The position numbers and the translations under genes were made by a program. This document shows, piece after piece, positions 37,818 to 46,091 of a DNA stretch of 64,000 nt (its first letter is position 1; the number at the start of each line of letters is the position of its first letter). This stretch comes from a bacterium. Its GTDB lineage: Bacteria; Patescibacteriota; UBA1384; 2-12-FULL-50-11. Below the pieces are notes generated by a model that ran no database searches, was not told the DNA's origin, and saw nothing but the letters and a program-made list of their open reading frames with translations. The DNA lies in the NCBI GenBank assembly GCA_021463485.1, contig JAJTYJ010000001.1:1378-65377 (forward strand), given 5' to 3'.

Positions 37818-39483
37818 TCCGTCGTACACCTTGGGAGGAAGCTTCCTCTTTCAAGATTTCAAACCGGCCTAACTCGCCGGTTTTTTTTACGTGCGGTCCA
37901 CCGCAGAGTTCCTTAGAAAAGTCACCGATCGTGTACACGGAGACCATTTCGTCGTATTTGGTGCCGAACTCGGCTTGGGCACCGCTGGCAAGCGCTTCGA
38001 CTTTACTCATTTCTTCTTGAACAACAGGCAAATCTTCTGCAATCTTTGCGTTCACAATTGTCTCAACCTCTTTTAACTCTTCATCGGTTAACTTGCGGTC
38101 AAAATTAAAATCAATTCGCAACCGCTCACTCGTTACGTTCGAGCCTTTCTGAACAACATCGTTTCCGAGAACTTTCTGTAAGGCAGCAAGTAACAGATGG
38201 TGCGCCGTGTGGTGTTTGATTGTTTGGGGTTCGTGATCGGCTAAGCCACCTTTAAACTGTCCGGCCAGACCCGCTCGAGAAACTTCTTGGTGTTGGGTGA
38301 AGAGCTTGGCAAAATAACTTGTGTCAACAGAAAGTCCTTGAGTCACAAGGTACTCAATCACTAGTTCTTTTGGAAAACCGAACGACTCGTACATATAGAA
38401 CGCCAGTTCGGTAATAGATTTCTCACGAGTAATTATTTCTGAGTCAGTGTGAACATCCAGCCATTTCTCAAGATACAAACGGGCTCGCGTGAGATTCTTC
38501 TCAAATTGTTCGTGCTCTTTTTTATAAACTATCAGGACTTCTTCTAAGTCTAATAGCTGATACTGTTCGGAGTAAAATGTTCTAACTTCAGCAAGAATTG
38601 TTGCTGGAATTTGAGGATTGCTTTCAAGAAAGCTAACTTTACGAATTAACCTCCTTAAGATATAGCCTCGGCCTTTATTACTTGGCTCGATTCCAGCACT
38701 AATTAAAAATAATGCTGCTCGCAAGTGATCAACGATAATTCGACTTTCGTATTCTCTTTCTGGATCAACCAACTTGACCCAATTAGCATATGGCTCGATC
38801 TGCCATACCGACGTTTTTCCTTGCAATGTTGCCGCCAGGCGTTCTAGGCCCGAGCCAGTATCTAGTCCTTGACTATTTAATTCAACAAAACTCCCCTCTC
38901 GATCTTTGTAGTACTGATTAAACACCAGGTTCCAAACTTCAACGCCGTCGATATAAATCTCGCTCGTCGGTCCGCACGGACCTTCGTCGCCAGTCGGTCC
39001 CCAAAAGTTATCTTCCCGTCCGGCTTTTTCAACGCGAACGCCGAGTTCTGCCCAAACTTTTTCCGAATCAGTATCCGCCGGCGTTGTGTCGTCGCCCCTG
39101 AACACTGTTGCGTGTACGCGTTCTTTTTCAACACCCAGCTCCAAATTCACAAACTGCCAAGCTTCTTTAATTGCTCGCTCTTTCATTTCGTAGGATTCTG
39201 CCTCGCCGAATCTAAAGTTGCCAAGCATCTCGAAGCTAGTTAAGTGCGTATCATCACCGACTTCGGCTATATCAGATGTTCGAATTACTGGCTGCACTGT
39301 CGCTACCGCTGATGCTGGCGCCTCAGAGGGATGCGAGTAAAAATCTTTAAACTGTTGCATACCAGCAGTAGTAAATAAGACGCTCGGATCGTTTTCTGGT
39401 ACAAGCGAAGATCCGGGCAATACTTTGTAGCCCCTACTCTGAAAAAACTGTAAAAATTTTTCTCGAACTGTCGCTAATTCCAT
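37798..39483 (-). CDS. alaS: Alanyl-tRNA synthetase, short form lacking the C-terminal (C-Ala) domain
   Basis: Catalytic core 'FFQSRGYKVLPGSSLVPENDPSVLFTTAGMQQFK', and editing-domain zinc motifs 'HHTAHHLL' and 'CGGPHV'. It is only 561 aa, whereas canonical AlaRS is about 870. Confidence 0.85.
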   Translation of the reverse strand: MELATVREKFLQFFQSRGYKVLPGSSLVPENDPSVLFTTAGMQQFKDFYSHPSEAPASAVATVQPVIRTSDIAEVGDDTHLTSFEMLGNFRFGEAESYEMKERAIKEAWQFVNLELGVEKERVHATVFRGDDTTPADTDSEKVWAELGVRVEKAGREDNFWGPTGDEGPCGPTSEIYIDGVEVWNLVFNQYYKDREGSFVELNSQGLDTGSGLERLAATLQGKTSVWQIEPYANWVKLVDPEREYESRIIVDHLRAALFLISAGIEPSNKGRGYILRRLIRKVSFLESNPQIPATILAEVRTFYSEQYQLLDLEEVLIVYKKEHEQFEKNLTRARLYLEKWLDVHTDSEIITREKSITELAFYMYESFGFPKELVIEYLVTQGLSVDTSYFAKLFTQHQEVSRAGLAGQFKGGLADHEPQTIKHHTAHHLLLAALQKVLGNDVVQKGSNVTSERLRIDFNFDRKLTDEELKEVETIVNAKIAEDLPVVQEEMSKVEALASGAQAEFGTKYDEMVSVYTIGDFSKELCGGPHVKKTGELGRFEILKEEASSQGVRRIKARCV

Positions 39484-40224
39484 TTAATTTCCAGGGAGGA
39501 AAACTCGCCACAGATCGTTGACGCCGCTAGCATCTTCAGCTGGCTCTTGATCTGAAATAGGATTCGACAGGAGTCCGCGCCAAAAATCGATTATCGGTAC
39601 AGTCGTGATTAAACTGATATCGGTTTTGGGCTGGACGTTAAAGCTACCCGTCTCACCGGCAGGGTTTTCCCACCACTTGCCGTAGATCTTATCATACGCG
39701 CGCCACATTGCCAGAATTTTGTCGGCGTAACCGACCGTCCCGCGTACCGGTGTGCCACGCTCGTAAGCGAGTACTGCTCCGCCACCGCCGTTATAGGCGA
39801 TTAGACCCTTCTTCATATCGCCTTTATAATCTCGAATTCTCGTACAGATGTAATACGCCCCGAATCTAATGGAAAGATCAGGATTTTTCGTTAGATCGCT
39901 CGGTGTAAACGGGGAAACACCTAAGCGTTTAGCCGTGGCAACCGCGGTCGAGGGGATAAACTGCGTCAAGCCAACTGCACCAGCGTACGACTTGGCGTTC
40001 TCGCGCCAACCGCTTTCGGTCATAATTAGCGCTGCCAGGAAGTTCGGAGTAACAGGAAGACCCTGGCAGTATTCTTGCGTCCATTTAGCTACCGAGGCTC
40101 GATACTTTTCAGGCAACGGGTAGCTCACGCTGGCAAACAGTACCGGCCCGAGAAAAAAGACTGTCACGCCAGAAAGCAGCAGAATTCCTGTAATTAGTAA
40201 CGTAATTTTCTTACGCATCGCCAT
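39484..40224 (-). CDS. Lytic transglycosylase (SLT-domain) with N-terminal TM anchor
   Basis: 'ALIMTESGWRENAKSYAGAVGLTQFIPSTA' is the SLT catalytic Glu-Ser motif. Confidence 0.8.
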   Translation of the reverse strand: MAMRKKITLLITGILLLSGVTVFFLGPVLFASVSYPLPEKYRASVAKWTQEYCQGLPVTPNFLAALIMTESGWRENAKSYAGAVGLTQFIPSTAVATAKRLGVSPFTPSDLTKNPDLSIRFGAYYICTRIRDYKGDMKKGLIAYNGGGGAVLAYERGTPVRGTVGYADKILAMWRAYDKIYGKWWENPAGETGSFNVQPKTDISLITTVPIIDFWRGLLSNPISDQEPAEDASGVNDLWRVFLPGN

Positions 40225-40250
40225 TTCGTCTAGTGTACCAGAGATAGTTA

Positions 40251-40328
40251 GTGCGCGAGAGAGGAATGTCGCTACGCTCCTTCTCCTTCACTTCGTTCAG
40301 TCGCAGTGAACCTTAGGTTTAAGTCGCT
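40251..40328. repeat. Repeat module 1: a 15-nt copy of the tRNA-Leu(GAG) 3' end plus a shared ~63-nt element
   Basis: 'GTGCGCGAGAGAGGA' is identical to the tRNA-Leu(GAG) 3' end. The next 47 nt, 'ATGTCGCTACGCTCCTTCTCCTTCACTTCGTTCAGTCGCAGTGAACC', are identical to module 2, followed by a similar GGTTtAAGtCGCT tail. Confidence 0.6.
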
Positions 40329-40334
40329 CTGTAG

Positions 40335-40418
40335 TGCGCGAGAGAGGACTTGAACCTCCACGGGGTTGCCCCCACAGCCACCTCAAGGCTGCGTGTATAC
40401 CAATTTCACCACTCGCGC
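40335..40418 (-). tRNA. tRNA-Leu (anticodon GAG), type II with long variable arm
   Basis: Minus strand 'GCGCGAGTGGTGAAATTGGTATACACGCAGCCTTGAGGTGGCTGTGGGGGCAACCCCGTGGAGGTTCAAGTCCTCTCTCGCGCA'; anticodon loop TTGAGGT; CCA is not encoded. Confidence 0.85.
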
Positions 40419-40430
40419 ATAATGTTAACA

Positions 40431-40508
40431 GTGCCGGAAAGAGGAATGTCGCTACGCTCCTTCTCCTTCACTTCGTTCAGTCGCAGTGAACCATGGGTTC
40501 AAGCCGCT
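40431..40508. repeat. Repeat module 2: a 16-nt near-copy of the tRNA-Leu(CAG) 3' end plus the shared element
   Basis: 'GTGCCGGAAAGAGGA' versus the tRNA 3' end 'GTGCCGGAGAGAGGA' (one mismatch), then the same 47-nt sequence as module 1 and a GGTTcAAGcCGCT tail. Confidence 0.6.
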
Positions 40509-40554
40509 ACCGAAAGAGCGAAACGCCGCCACCTCTGGTGGCAACATCTCGCTG

Positions 40555-40639
40555 TGCCGGAGAGAGGACTTGAACCTCCACGAGCCGTAAGGCTCACTGG
40601 CACCTGAAGCCAGCGTGTCTACCGTTTCACCACCCCGGC
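40555..40639 (-). tRNA. tRNA-Leu (anticodon CAG), type II
   Basis: Minus strand 'GCCGGGGTGGTGAAACGGTAGACACGCTGGCTTCAGGTGCCAGTGAGCCTTACGGCTCGTGGAGGTTCAAGTCCTCTCTCCGGCA'; anticodon loop TTCAGGT. Confidence 0.85.
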
Positions 40640-40682
40640 AAATTACACCTGATAATTTTACCAAAGAAGTAGCTATTTTTCA

Positions 40683-41975
40683 CTACTTGACCGACCATTG
40701 GCTGATCGATTGCCAGCGATCACGAAGCGCCAGCGGTAGCCATGGCTCTTTATAATTAATCGAATCTTTCAAAAGGAATGATTCCTCTTCCTGCTCTAAA
40801 ACTAAGGCGACACCCAAGTCTTTAAGAAGAATGTGCAAAGAATTAATCATCTCGCGTCGCTTTGCCGGACTTAATTCTCCTTGAATCTGAGCGATAAGCG
40901 TATCAACTTGCTGGTCTTTAACGCCGCTAATATTGTTCGACGGCGGTCGGAGTTGGCTGGAGTGCCAGACGTAGTACGGATCGAGTTCGGCGCCGTACTC
41001 TACTCCAACCAACATCGCCTGAAAATCTCTTGAAGGGCTAATTTTGTTAATTATCTCTTCCTGAGACTTATACTCGACAGTAGCTGGAACGTTTGCCGCT
41101 TGCCATTCGGCGCTGAGTTTAGTGGCAATACTTTTATACGGCTCGACATCCGGAACAGTTAACGTGAATGGCTTAGTTAGGCTCTGGGTAAATAATTGTT
41201 GTCGCGGGACTAACTCTCGGAATGGAGCGCGGTTGATATTTAGAACCAGTACGTAATATCGCGGTAGTTGGAACGATTTTTTTTCGTAACCATCTGGCAC
41301 TGCGTCAATAGCTGAGAGCGTACCGCCGTCGATATTCTTTTTCTCGAAAGCTTTCTTCAGTGCTGCCTCGTCGGGAAAAGTATGGACAATAATCTTATTA
41401 ATATACGCACTTTGCGCTTTGGCTCGCGTATTTCGAGTAAACACAGTAGTTTTTTCGGTCATCTTTCCGACCTTGTACGGCCCGTAATCAAATAATGGCT
41501 GTGCTAATAACAGAGGGAGATTGCTATTTGGTGTAATCAACTCAACCGTTAATGTGTTACCCTCCAATAAATTAAGCTGTGACGGCCCGATGAGATCAAG
41601 ATTTTCGTTAAGACTCTGGAGAATCTCCTCTCCATCAACCTCGGGCGCGATTTGGAAGCTGTACAGCGTTTTCTCCGGATTAACTTCCCATTTGGTAATA
41701 AGCTGATTCTGTAAATTCCCTTGAGCATCGATAGTAAACAGTCCGCTTTTCGTCAACTTTGAGGCGATTGTTTGAACCTCGCGTTCTCCGCCCACTATTC
41801 CGTCTACATAGGTGCCACCGATCGTTGGCGACGATCCTTGTGAACCAGCAAATTGGCGGAACCAAAAAGTACCGCTAATTACGATCACTACAGAAAGAAC
41901 CGCTAGAAGAATTTTTTCGTACTGGGCGACAAGTGAGCTAACTTTATTAGCTACCCGCGCAACGATGCGCAACAT
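40683..41975 (-). CDS. Membrane-anchored solute-binding-protein family 5-like protein (orphan; no ABC partners adjacent)
   Basis: N-terminal TM. 'GPYKVGKMTE' and 'YYVLVLNINRAPFRELVPRQ' resemble the SBP_bac_5 core, but divergently. Confidence 0.45.
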   Translation of the reverse strand: MLRIVARVANKVSSLVAQYEKILLAVLSVVIVISGTFWFRQFAGSQGSSPTIGGTYVDGIVGGEREVQTIASKLTKSGLFTIDAQGNLQNQLITKWEVNPEKTLYSFQIAPEVDGEEILQSLNENLDLIGPSQLNLLEGNTLTVELITPNSNLPLLLAQPLFDYGPYKVGKMTEKTTVFTRNTRAKAQSAYINKIIVHTFPDEAALKKAFEKKNIDGGTLSAIDAVPDGYEKKSFQLPRYYVLVLNINRAPFRELVPRQQLFTQSLTKPFTLTVPDVEPYKSIATKLSAEWQAANVPATVEYKSQEEIINKISPSRDFQAMLVGVEYGAELDPYYVWHSSQLRPPSNNISGVKDQQVDTLIAQIQGELSPAKRREMINSLHILLKDLGVALVLEQEEESFLLKDSINYKEPWLPLALRDRWQSISQWSVK

Positions 41976-41978
41976 CGT

Positions 41979-42194
41979 TTACAAGAAGAGTTGGGCAATT
42001 GCTGAAACAACAAAGACGGCTGCAAAAAGTATAGTCGTTCGAAATAGCAATCGCTCAACGCCTCGACGAGACCGATATGATAGATCTTCACCACCGAACG
42101 CTCCCCCTAAACCGGTACCACGATGCTGAAGAAGTATTGAAACGATCAAAATTACCGCAGCGATAATTTGGATCACCTGGACAGTATTGGCCAT
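41979..42194 (-). CDS. secG: Preprotein translocase subunit SecG
   Basis: 71 aa; 'IIAAVILIVSILLQHRGTGLGGAFGG' and a second C-terminal TM. Confidence 0.7.
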   Translation of the reverse strand: MANTVQVIQIIAAVILIVSILLQHRGTGLGGAFGGEDLSYRSRRGVERLLFRTTILFAAVFVVSAIAQLFL

Positions 42195-42242
42195 GTGTGC
42201 AAAATATTAGCCTTCTCCAGAGAGTAAGTCAAGGTAAAACTG

Positions 42243-42314
42243 AGGCCAGAAGGGGATTTGCACCCCTGTAAAACGGTTTTGCAGACCGTTCCCTAACTAC
42301 TCGGGCACCTGGCC
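42243..42314 (-). tRNA. tRNA-Cys (anticodon GCA), probable
   Basis: Minus strand 'GGCCAGGTGCCCGAGTAGTTAGGGAACGGTCTGCAAAACCGTTTTACAGGGGTGCAAATCCCCTTCTGGCC' has a 7-bp acceptor, anticodon loop CTGCAAA and T-arm AGGGG/CCCCT. The D-stem has only 3 bp and position 55 is G, so this should be confirmed with tRNAscan/ARAGORN. Confidence 0.6.
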
Positions 42315-42419
42315 AATTACTCGATGATTATACCTGTATTTTCTTCAGCTAACGAGCTGTTTTAGATCATATTTACTTTTGCTACACTTCCGACATCAAC
42401 TGAAGGAGGTTGAAGCACC

Positions 42420-43607
42420 TTGGCAATTAAATATTTGAATGATCGACTCTACTTCCAAATCCCCGTCAGCAACGACGATCTTCGCCTATACCAGACTAGG
42501 GAAATGACCCGACTTAGAGAAGTGTCTCTCTCAGCCATCCCACCTTGGGTTCTGCCCTGCGGGCTATGTGCTACGAAGTTTGAGCACTCCGTTGGTGTCG
42601 AGTACTTAGCACGAATTGTCTGCGAGCAACACGGATTCAGCGATCAGGCGATTAATATCCGATTCGCTGCGCTTGGCCACGATGTCGGCACGCCGCCGTT
42701 TTCGCATATGTCCGAGTACTATCTCAAACTACTTCACGGCAAGGATCACGAAGAGTTTGCAGAAGATGTACTGCTAAACTCTGAGCTGAGCGAAGAAATG
42801 ACACGTCAGGGTGGAAATGTCGAGACAATTACTCGAATGATCACTGGCAAATATCCGCCGCTTAGCGATATCGTTAACGGATCGATTGACGTCGACAATC
42901 TAGATAACTCTTTGCGGTATTGCATCAGTATGGGCCTAGTGAACCACCCAACATACAGCCCTGTTACTTTGGCTAGTAGCTACCGGTTTTCTGAGTCCAG
43001 AGGTATATATCTAGACGAACGTGCCCTACCGGAGCTACCAGGCTGGGAAGAATGTCGATCACGCACATATAGCTTTGTGTACTCGGATCGCAATCTTGCT
43101 CCGGGCAGTATGCTCCACCGAGCAATGGATCTTGCAACTAGGATAGGGGTTGACGAGATTCCACCAGAGTTTTTCCGAATGACTGATTCAGCCGCATATC
43201 AGTGGTTACTCACTAAGTGCAACAGCAGAACAAGGAATCTAGCTGAATGTGTGCAACACTTCCAACAACATGAATTGGTTGTATCTGCGACATTGGATCA
43301 TGAAGACGAGGCGTTAGCTGAGCTAATTAGCACACCGTGGTCGCGAGGAATCCTTGCCGATGAGGTGGCAGATGAGCTCTCAATTTCACCTGAAAGCGTC
43401 TCCGTATATCACGGCAAGAATAAGGGTTATAAAGCTATCCACCTACCGATCCTGGACGACGCAGGCTCTGCCTTGCCTATGCACCAATCGATCCTGCATG
43501 AAAGTTGGTATCTCCGAATATTTGTAGATCCGGCTAAAATCAACCAGAGGACTAAGTCAACAATACGGAGGTTGCTAGAGAAAAAACTCACATCATTACA
43601 ACTATAA
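42420..43607 (+). CDS. HD-domain phosphohydrolase, dNTP triphosphohydrolase (dGTPase/SAMHD1)-like
   Basis: 'HSVGVEYLARIV...ALGHDVGTPPFSH' is the HD metal-binding motif in the arrangement seen in dGTPase-like enzymes; 395 aa. Confidence 0.65.
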   Translation: MAIKYLNDRLYFQIPVSNDDLRLYQTREMTRLREVSLSAIPPWVLPCGLCATKFEHSVGVEYLARIVCEQHGFSDQAINIRFAALGHDVGTPPFSHMSEYYLKLLHGKDHEEFAEDVLLNSELSEEMTRQGGNVETITRMITGKYPPLSDIVNGSIDVDNLDNSLRYCISMGLVNHPTYSPVTLASSYRFSESRGIYLDERALPELPGWEECRSRTYSFVYSDRNLAPGSMLHRAMDLATRIGVDEIPPEFFRMTDSAAYQWLLTKCNSRTRNLAECVQHFQQHELVVSATLDHEDEALAELISTPWSRGILADEVADELSISPESVSVYHGKNKGYKAIHLPILDDAGSALPMHQSILHESWYLRIFVDPAKINQRTKSTIRRLLEKKLTSLQL

Positions 43608-43630
43608 CCCGGCGATCGCCGGGTATTTTT
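43607..43630 (+). terminator. Rho-independent terminator of the HD gene
   Basis: CCCGGCGATCGCCGGG hairpin followed by TATTTTTT; it abuts the convergent tRNA-Gly. Confidence 0.6.
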
Positions 43631-43631
43631 T

Positions 43632-43704
<73 letters not shown>

Positions 43705-43737
43705 CAATTCAACCAATATTCTATCTGCTGAACTCGG

Positions 43738-44085
43738 TTGTGTAAAGGAGAAAACTCGGTTAGTATCCAGTTAGAAATGAGTAAAAAATCTAAGAAAAAC
43801 CTACAAAAGATACTGGCTAAGCGGCAGCAGCTCCAACAGCTTAAACCAAGTTCGCCGGCCGAAACGCTGTTACCCGTGCCTGAAAAGCACGTGGCGCTGC
43901 CAGCCGAACCTAAGCCAGCAACCCAACTACCAGCTTACTCTCACGGACGCGAGCTAATCCGCACTTCAGTCAGTATCGGTATTATCACTCTGTTGTTAGT
44001 TGCGATAATCATTTTCGATCAGCAGAGAAACGATTTAGAGACGTTTGGCAATTGGCTATACCAGGCACTTCGGCTTGATCAGTAG
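43738..44085 (+). CDS. Hypothetical small protein with C-terminal TM
   Basis: Lys-rich N-terminus and 'IGIITLLLVAIIIF' helix. The start may be the internal Met at about 43777. Confidence 0.3.
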   Translation: MCKGENSVSIQLEMSKKSKKNLQKILAKRQQLQQLKPSSPAETLLPVPEKHVALPAEPKPATQLPAYSHGRELIRTSVSIGIITLLLVAIIIFDQQRNDLETFGNWLYQALRLDQ

Positions 44086-45501
44086 TTAAAGAATCGGCTC
44101 TTCTTTCCAAGAAAGAATTGCGTGAGACCCGGTTTTAGGAAATAGCGGCGGCGGGTTAAGCGTTAGATACGGGTCGTACGTTTGCGTTGTATTTTGGTAC
44201 CCGGAAACTACCGTGCCGCTCCCGTTTACCCAACTCCACGTCCACCAGGAATTACTAGCGATACCGCCGTAGATACTAATACTATTCCGGACATTCCCGG
44301 AATAAAGCGGACGGAAAACTTTTCCTTTCTGCGAAAGCAGATACGCGTCTAATACTAAATCGTTCTCGCTATTAGAGTTAACCCGGATATCAGATTGGCT
44401 AACGATCCCAAGCGCCACACTACCGTCCTTAGCGGCGTAAACAATATCGTTTTGCAAATAGACGCTAGTATTAGTTGAAGTAGTATCTGGTAGCCTACCG
44501 GAAGCGACTGTTAGTCTTGAAGTAATTGTTCCCCAAATCCAGGCGTTATCGGCAACGTAAATAATGCCGTTATTCGGTAATGCGGTCGCGGTAGCATCCC
44601 ACACAACAGACTGTATCAACGAATCGGCTCGACTGTGCGCCGTACAGGTACCCCCCGAATTACCGGCGTCGCGACTAGCAGTAACCTTCCCGATCAGCAC
44701 CGTCCCGTTGGCGTTGAATTGCAAGGCGTAACCGCTATATGTTTTTCTTCCTTGGTTGTCGACTAACGTCGGCAGGTGGATACCGTCGTCAATCGCCGCC
44801 GTTTGCAGCGCGCTGAGGTCAGTCGTAATTTGGTTAAAGTCGATTTGTGGAACCGGGAAATTCCAGTACGTTGTCGGTCCGCCGGTACCCCAAACACCAC
44901 TTTTCACGCTGCCGTCGCCGCCAAAACAGGTAGAGGGCGTATATGTCGAAACAGCAGCCGTTACCAAACCGTTAGCCAAACCGTCGAAATGAATTCCCTT
45001 ATTTGAGTGCACCAAACCATTAGTCGTTTCCGTGTTGCCAAACCAAGCTTCTGAGTTAGTAACAAACGAGTATTGCGCGAATGACGGAACGCCAAGACTG
45101 GCAAGAATGGTCCGTTTCTCCCCCGTTACGGTCTCGCCGACGGATCGAACAGTAACAGTATTACCGCCAGAAACAGGCGGAGTAATCGTTAGCTCGTATT
45201 CACCTAAGATATTACCATCGACGTCTTTGTATTGGTGTGTGTACGGCCCGAACGGTCCGTTCCCGGTGCAAGAATTACCGTCACAGTAATCTTGGCTGTT
45301 GTGCGAGAGATGCCAGAGGTAATAGTTTATCCCTGCTTCCGCTACGTTTAGCGCTGTTGTCGATTGGCCTTGTTTTTTAACGATTCGAAAGTTACTGAAC
45401 GCCAACGAAAGAATTGCAGTTGTGATAATAAACACAACTGCAGCGATCGTCATGATTAACGGCAAGTAATACCCAGACTTTTTTCGTAGGAATATCTTCA
45501 T
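44086..45501 (-). CDS. PilX-like type IV pilus minor component
   Basis: N-terminal TM followed by 'TTALNVAEAGINYYLWHL' (PilX N-terminal signature); large Gly/Thr-rich beta region. Confidence 0.55.
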   Translation of the reverse strand: MKIFLRKKSGYYLPLIMTIAAVVFIITTAILSLAFSNFRIVKKQGQSTTALNVAEAGINYYLWHLSHNSQDYCDGNSCTGNGPFGPYTHQYKDVDGNILGEYELTITPPVSGGNTVTVRSVGETVTGEKRTILASLGVPSFAQYSFVTNSEAWFGNTETTNGLVHSNKGIHFDGLANGLVTAAVSTYTPSTCFGGDGSVKSGVWGTGGPTTYWNFPVPQIDFNQITTDLSALQTAAIDDGIHLPTLVDNQGRKTYSGYALQFNANGTVLIGKVTASRDAGNSGGTCTAHSRADSLIQSVVWDATATALPNNGIIYVADNAWIWGTITSRLTVASGRLPDTTSTNTSVYLQNDIVYAAKDGSVALGIVSQSDIRVNSNSENDLVLDAYLLSQKGKVFRPLYSGNVRNSISIYGGIASNSWWTWSWVNGSGTVVSGYQNTTQTYDPYLTLNPPPLFPKTGSHAILSWKEEPIL

Positions 45502-46091
45502 AAATTAGTTTTAAAATTTCTTAGCGTGGCTTTTGTGGTAACTGTTATCGGGTTAGCTAGCATACCAGTAATATCAAGACAACTTGGTAATACCTCGATA
45601 ACCCTCACCTCCGAGAGTGAGACCGGTACAGGCAATAACGTGTTCTCTTCGTTGTAGTACTTAAATAGAGGTAGAAGATCGCTATTTGTAACCTTTGGTA
45701 GCAGGGTAAACGTTTCAGTGTCTTGAGGGTCGTAGGTGTAATTTGGCGCTGTACCGCTGGCTGGGGTTACATCGTATCTAACAGCTTGCTCGCCGTTATG
45801 GGAGGCGATTCGGTAGTAAATCTCGCTAGGCGCGGCGTCGCCGACGTTACGATACGCCCGCACTCGTAATGTTGTATTAGTTGCTTCCAATATTTGGGTG
45901 GTACTTCGTAGTACTTTATTAATATTATCTACCCCTAGATTAATATCACGTTGGACTAGCGAGGTCGCCTCCACCCGACGATTATCTGAGAGACTCTTTA
46001 CGACCACCGAAATAACGATAGCGCCCAGAATAGAACCGAGACCGGCAACAACTATCAGCTCAATAATCGTAAACGCCCGACGGCTGCCCAT
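45498..46091 (-). CDS. Type IV minor pilin / pseudopilin
   Basis: Prepilin-type N-terminus 'RRAFTIIELIVVAGLGSILGAIVI'. Confidence 0.65.
   Translation of the reverse strand: MGSRRAFTIIELIVVAGLGSILGAIVISVVVKSLSDNRRVEATSLVQRDINLGVDNINKVLRSTTQILEATNTTLRVRAYRNVGDAAPSEIYYRIASHNGEQAVRYDVTPASGTAPNYTYDPQDTETFTLLPKVTNSDLLPLFKYYNEENTLLPVPVSLSEVRVIEVLPSCLDITGMLANPITVTTKATLRNFKTNL

Noticed and set aside
40350-40664. ORFs 40350..40607 (+) and 40452..40664 (-) over the tRNA-Leu pair
   Set aside because: They run through two tRNA genes and the repeat modules; spurious.
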